Below, in pieces: positions 61,599 through 64,000 of a stretch of DNA of 64,000 nt. Numbering within the stretch: position 1 is the stretch's first letter; each line of letters opens with the position of its first letter. The DNA comes from Eledone cirrhosa (taxonomy: Eukaryota), in the NCBI GenBank assembly GCA_964016885.1, contig OZ024740.1, positions 146,506,001 through 146,570,000 of the forward strand, written 5' to 3'. The notes under the pieces were generated by a model. That model had not been told where the DNA came from, did not search any database, and worked only from the letters and a program-made list of their open reading frames with translations. Made by a program: the position numbers and the translations under genes.

Positions 61599-63640
61599 AT
61601 CATCATCATCATCATCATCTTCGTTTAACGTCCACTTTCCACGCTAGCATGGGTTAGATGAGAGTTGTCCCACTTGAGGCAAGGTTGGTCGGGTGACCGT
61701 GTCTCGCTCATATAGGACTATCTGGCAGGTTTTCTACGGCTGGATGCCCTTTCTAACACCAACCACATTTACAGTGTGGAACTGGGAACTTTTTACCGTG
61801 TTACCTACACGGCCACATTACAGCATGGACTGTGTGTTTTTTTCTCGTGACACCTACACGATCTCGATCTCCTTTATCTCATTTATTTGGACTGCATGTT
61901 GTGGTACCAATTTTATAGAGAGAGGGTGGTGTTGGTGGGAGTGGGAGGATAGGGTAGGGGTAGTGGATTGGGGTGTATATTTGGTTAAGAGGTGCCTACT
62001 GACTGTAGGTTTCGCTTTGTACATAGGCAAGGCGGGTCTTCTGTATTACTGCGTGGCGCCAAAGATCTCGGTCCAGTGACATTGTCTTAGAGAGGTGCAA
62101 GTGTGTAAGGTCGGAATTTATCAGATTGTCCCAGGTTTTTCTCGGTCTACCTACTCCATAACTACCATCAATTTTGATCGCCCTGCACTTTTTTATACAG
62201 CTGTCGTCTTTCATGCGCATCACGTGGCCATACCAACGTAGTCTTCTCTCGAGTAAACAGCATCTAATCCCTCTTATTCCTAATTTCTCACTTAGTTCAT
62301 TTATGCTTTGTCGTTCACGTATATTACTATTACACATCCAATGGAGCATGCATGCTTCGTTCCTTTCCAGTCTACGCAGGTCCTCTGCACGCAATGCCCA
62401 TGTCTCACTGCCATGTAGCATTGCTGTTCGTATACAAGCATCATACAATCTGCCTTTCATTTTTAGAGAGAAACCTTTTGTGGCTAACAGCGGTATAAGC
62501 TCTCTGACTTTGGCTACTGTACTTTCAGAGCACCCTCCACCACTGCTGATTTTGTCACCCACGTAACGGAAAGTGTTCCCTATTTCAATAGTGGGCAATA
62601 GAAGGAGCTAGTATGCTATGGGCACTTACTACTTATTGCACCTGAGCATTGGCCACATATAAAATCTACGTTAGATAGCTTACCTGTGATCCCACTACAT
62701 CTTTTATGTACCCATAGTTTGCATTTGGGACATAAAATGGAATTTCTACTTACTTCTTTCCTACACACTGAGCATGGCCATTTCCCAGAGGGTACCTGTG
62801 CCCTATTTTCCTTTCTACATACTAGAACTTTAGTCTTAGACAAGTTAACTTTAAGGCCTTTTGATTCTACGCCATGCTTCCATGTTTGGAATTTCTTCTC
62901 TAGTTCAGCCATTGATTCAGCTATGAACGTTAGATCATCTGCGTATAGGAGTTCCCATGGGCAGTCGGTCTTGAACTCCTCTGTTATAGCCTGAAGGGCA
63001 ATAATAAATAGGAGGGGCTTGGTGAAGACCAACTTTTACACTAAATTCTTCACAATATTCATTGTTAATTCTAACCTTACTGACTGTTTCATTATACATA
63101 GCTTGTATAGCTCTCACAAGCCATTCATCTACACCTAGTTTTCTAAGAGCCCACCAGATAATGGAGCGGGGGACTCTGTCAAAGGCTTTTTCCAGGTCTA
63201 CAAAAGCTAAGTAGAGGAGTTTACTTTTAGCTAGGTACTTCTCTTGTAGTTGTCGTACAAGGAAAAGAGCGTCTGTGGTACTTTTACCTGGCACAAACTC
63301 AAACTGCATTTCATCTAGATCAATTCGCTCTCTGATTAGTTGTGCTATAACTCTTTCTGTGACCTTCATGACCTGGTCAACTAACTTAATGCCTCTATAG
63401 TTTCCTCTATCTAGAGCATTTCCTTTACCCTTGTAGCAGTTAATGATGATGCTGCTATGCCAGTCTTTTGGTATGACCCCATTCTGTATTACTTGGTTAA
63501 CTATACGGGTGACCATAGTATGTCCCACCATTCCAGATGCCTTCAACATCTCAGCAACTATCTCCGAAGGCCCAGCTGCCTTGCCTGTCTTCATATCTTT
63601 GATTGCCTTACTTATTATACTACCTTTAACTTGCACCGCT
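61599..63640 (-). mobile_element. 5'-truncated RTE LINE
   Basis: Three frameshifted ORF pieces (233, 138 and 200 aa) similar to the 793-aa ORF; (CAT)n tail. Confidence 0.94.
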
Positions 63641-64000
63641 GGTCTGGAAGTATTCTATACATAAATTTAGTGATACAACTCAGGCTTTGACTTATGTTGT
63701 TTTGCAGATTCATTTCTTTTCCATATTATCTGTCAGTGGTGTGTTTTCGCCCCTGTGGATCTTACTTTTCCTTTCATTTTTCATATAGATGTAATATTTC
63801 TGAGAACGGATGAGCTAGAATTCTGGTTGATTTTGTTTTCACTGCCTATTGCTCCTTGTTGATAATAAATTGTCTTTACTCTTACACATACATGTGTTTA
63901 TATATATATATATCCATATGTGGTTGATGGTTGACAGAAAGGAGTACTCAATACTGAAGTAGAGTTGTAATATTCAATATTCGAGTAAATATATATATAT

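Overview
AT-rich, microsatellite-rich eukaryotic (animal) DNA. The mix of (TA)n tracts, RTE LINEs with (GAT)n tails, Penelope-like elements, CORE- and Nin-type SINEs and a C2H2 gene suggests a mollusc, probably an octopod cephalopod (inference only). One host gene is supported, on the + strand: a BTB/POZ plus 5x C2H2 zinc-finger protein of about 538 aa. Its coding exons are 32335-32460, 35843-36618 and 56328-57042, with consistent splice phases, and it has a possible non-coding first exon ending at 13092. Most of the remainder is transposon-derived: about a dozen RTE copies or fragments (one with an intact 813-codon frame and a PHD-like finger), two CR1 pieces, two Penelope-like elements (RT + GIY-YIG), a deleted Helitron with STPR-like repeats and Pif1, SINEs, and hAT, piggyBac-like and Tigger-like MITEs. 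The most notable signal is five type I hammerhead-ribozyme folds with non-canonical cores. Three lie in a near-perfect 316-bp tandem array (U3-A8 core variant, palindromic stem III) that is antisense to its Penelope ORF but sense to the host gene intron, like a retrozyme able to release 316-nt RNAs. The other two lie in the pseudo-LTRs of the second Penelope element and show a compensatory stem I change. All calls are by eye; no searches or folding programs were run.
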